Shown here: in pieces, positions 19,114 to 20,000 of the stretch | Position numbering within the stretch: the stretch's first letter is position 1 | How the letters are laid out: the number at the start of each line of letters is the position of its first letter | Origin: Chiloscyllium plagiosum | Taxonomy: Eukaryota | Assembly: GCF_004010195.1 (NCBI RefSeq) | Contig: NC_057711.1 | Location: 71,979,454 to 71,999,453, forward strand | Direction: 5' to 3' | DNA length: 20,000 nucleotides | Notes under the pieces: model-generated | Seen by the model: the letters and a program-made list of their open reading frames with translations, nothing else | The model's database searches: none | Told to the model about the DNA's origin: nothing | Program-made: the position numbers and the translations under genes

Positions 19114-19721
19114 AGAAACTCTGCTCTCCATTAGGCAGGCAGGAACAGGCAAATGACGTGAGGCCCAGAATGCCCATCCGTATCAAGTATTGTTACAGTT
19201 TCACCACACATGTTTTTTTCCCTGGGTGGGATCTTCCCTACCCTTCAGTCATGTTGGCATTGGTGAGTGAGTTGGGAAAATATAGCAAGTTCAGAATAAA
19301 TAAGATTCTTGATGTCTAGAAAAGAAACATCCAATTCTACAATCAAATTTTGAGCAACGAGATGAAAATATTGCTTCTGATTGGTGAGAGGTTTATTTGC
19401 ATACATTAGCATGAGTCTAAGTAACCGAATCTCAAAAGGAATTTTACTATTCTCCAAAATGCTGGAGAGAAACTAGATAGTAACAATTCCCTACATTACA
19501 TTTAAGGTCAGAATCTGGTGATTTGAGCTGTTCCTCCAGGCCTCCATATTAGGCAGTAGGTAGTAACCCAAACTTTGCTGGGTCATTCAAAATAAGAAGA
19601 AATATATGAAGCTTATTCATTGAAAGGCTGATCAGTTGCATGGTGACTTGTGTGCTTACTGCGGACTCCGAAGGGGTGTGTGTATCTATGTTAGGCTTTT
19701 TAATTGGTAACAGTGTGTCTG

Positions 19722-20000
19722 ACTGACCGCATGGCCTCCCAGTCGTTCCTGTCCTCTATCACGGAGGTCTTAGACGACAGAACACGGGAGAGGCTGGACC
19801 AGCCGCTATCTCTGGACGAGCTGACCATGGCTCCCGGAAGCGACGGCTTACCGGTCAAGCTCTATTCCGCTCTGTGGGACTTGATTGGCCAGGACCTGCT
19901 GGAGGTGTATGTCAGTATGCTTCGGGCAGGTACCATGAGCGAATCCATGAGGAAAGGCATCATCACCTTCATCTACAAGCGGAAGAGGGAGAGGGAGGAA
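19722..20000 (+). mobile_element. Tx1-clade (L1 group) non-LTR retrotransposon ORF2, 5'-truncated, running off the window
   Basis: 93 open codons: TDRMASQSFLSSITEVLDDRTRERLDQPLSLDELTMAPGSDGLPVKLYSALWDLIGQDLLEVYVSMLRAGTMSESMRKGIITFIYKRKREREE. PG.DG and G.I..IYK.K are pre-RT motifs; the sequence is CpG-rich, so it is young. Confidence 0.88.

Noticed and set aside
19114..19290. Harbinger-type MITE
   Set aside because: Only a faint terminal resemblance (ggaaaatatagc); no demonstrable TIR pair or TSD.
1..20000. CRISPR array, rRNA or operon-like system
   Set aside because: No regularly spaced direct repeats and no rRNA motifs; the sequence is vertebrate TE mosaic.

Overview
This is eukaryotic, repeat-dense, apparently non-genic DNA. 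It is most likely from a cartilaginous fish (shark): I recognise HE1-type V-SINE, CR1/HER1 and Penelope short-repeat families from memory, and CpG decay is pervasive. No intact host gene is supportable. The window is almost entirely a nested mosaic of decayed transposable elements: (1) a spliced PIF/Harbinger Myb/SANT pseudogene with a probable element end (1-2219) plus a second fragment (~12700-12985); (2) a Ty3/Gypsy gag-pro-RT relic with a tRNA-Leu PBS, split by CR1 insertions (~2690-6960); (3) many CR1 pieces, including an ORF1 SGNH esterase fragment and a young 5'-truncated RT copy; (4) Penelope-like fragments, several with hammerhead-ribozyme cores; (5) a near-full-length RTE LINE with a perfect 10-bp TSD and a 46-bp 5' inversion shaped like a twin-priming product; (6) a ~1.4-kb unit bounded by ~200-bp inverted repeats with weak Sola-like transposase remnants; (7) two tRNA-SINEs; and (8) a young Tx1-clade ORF2 running off the right edge. 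Family assignments come from manual translation and recalled motifs, not database searches.
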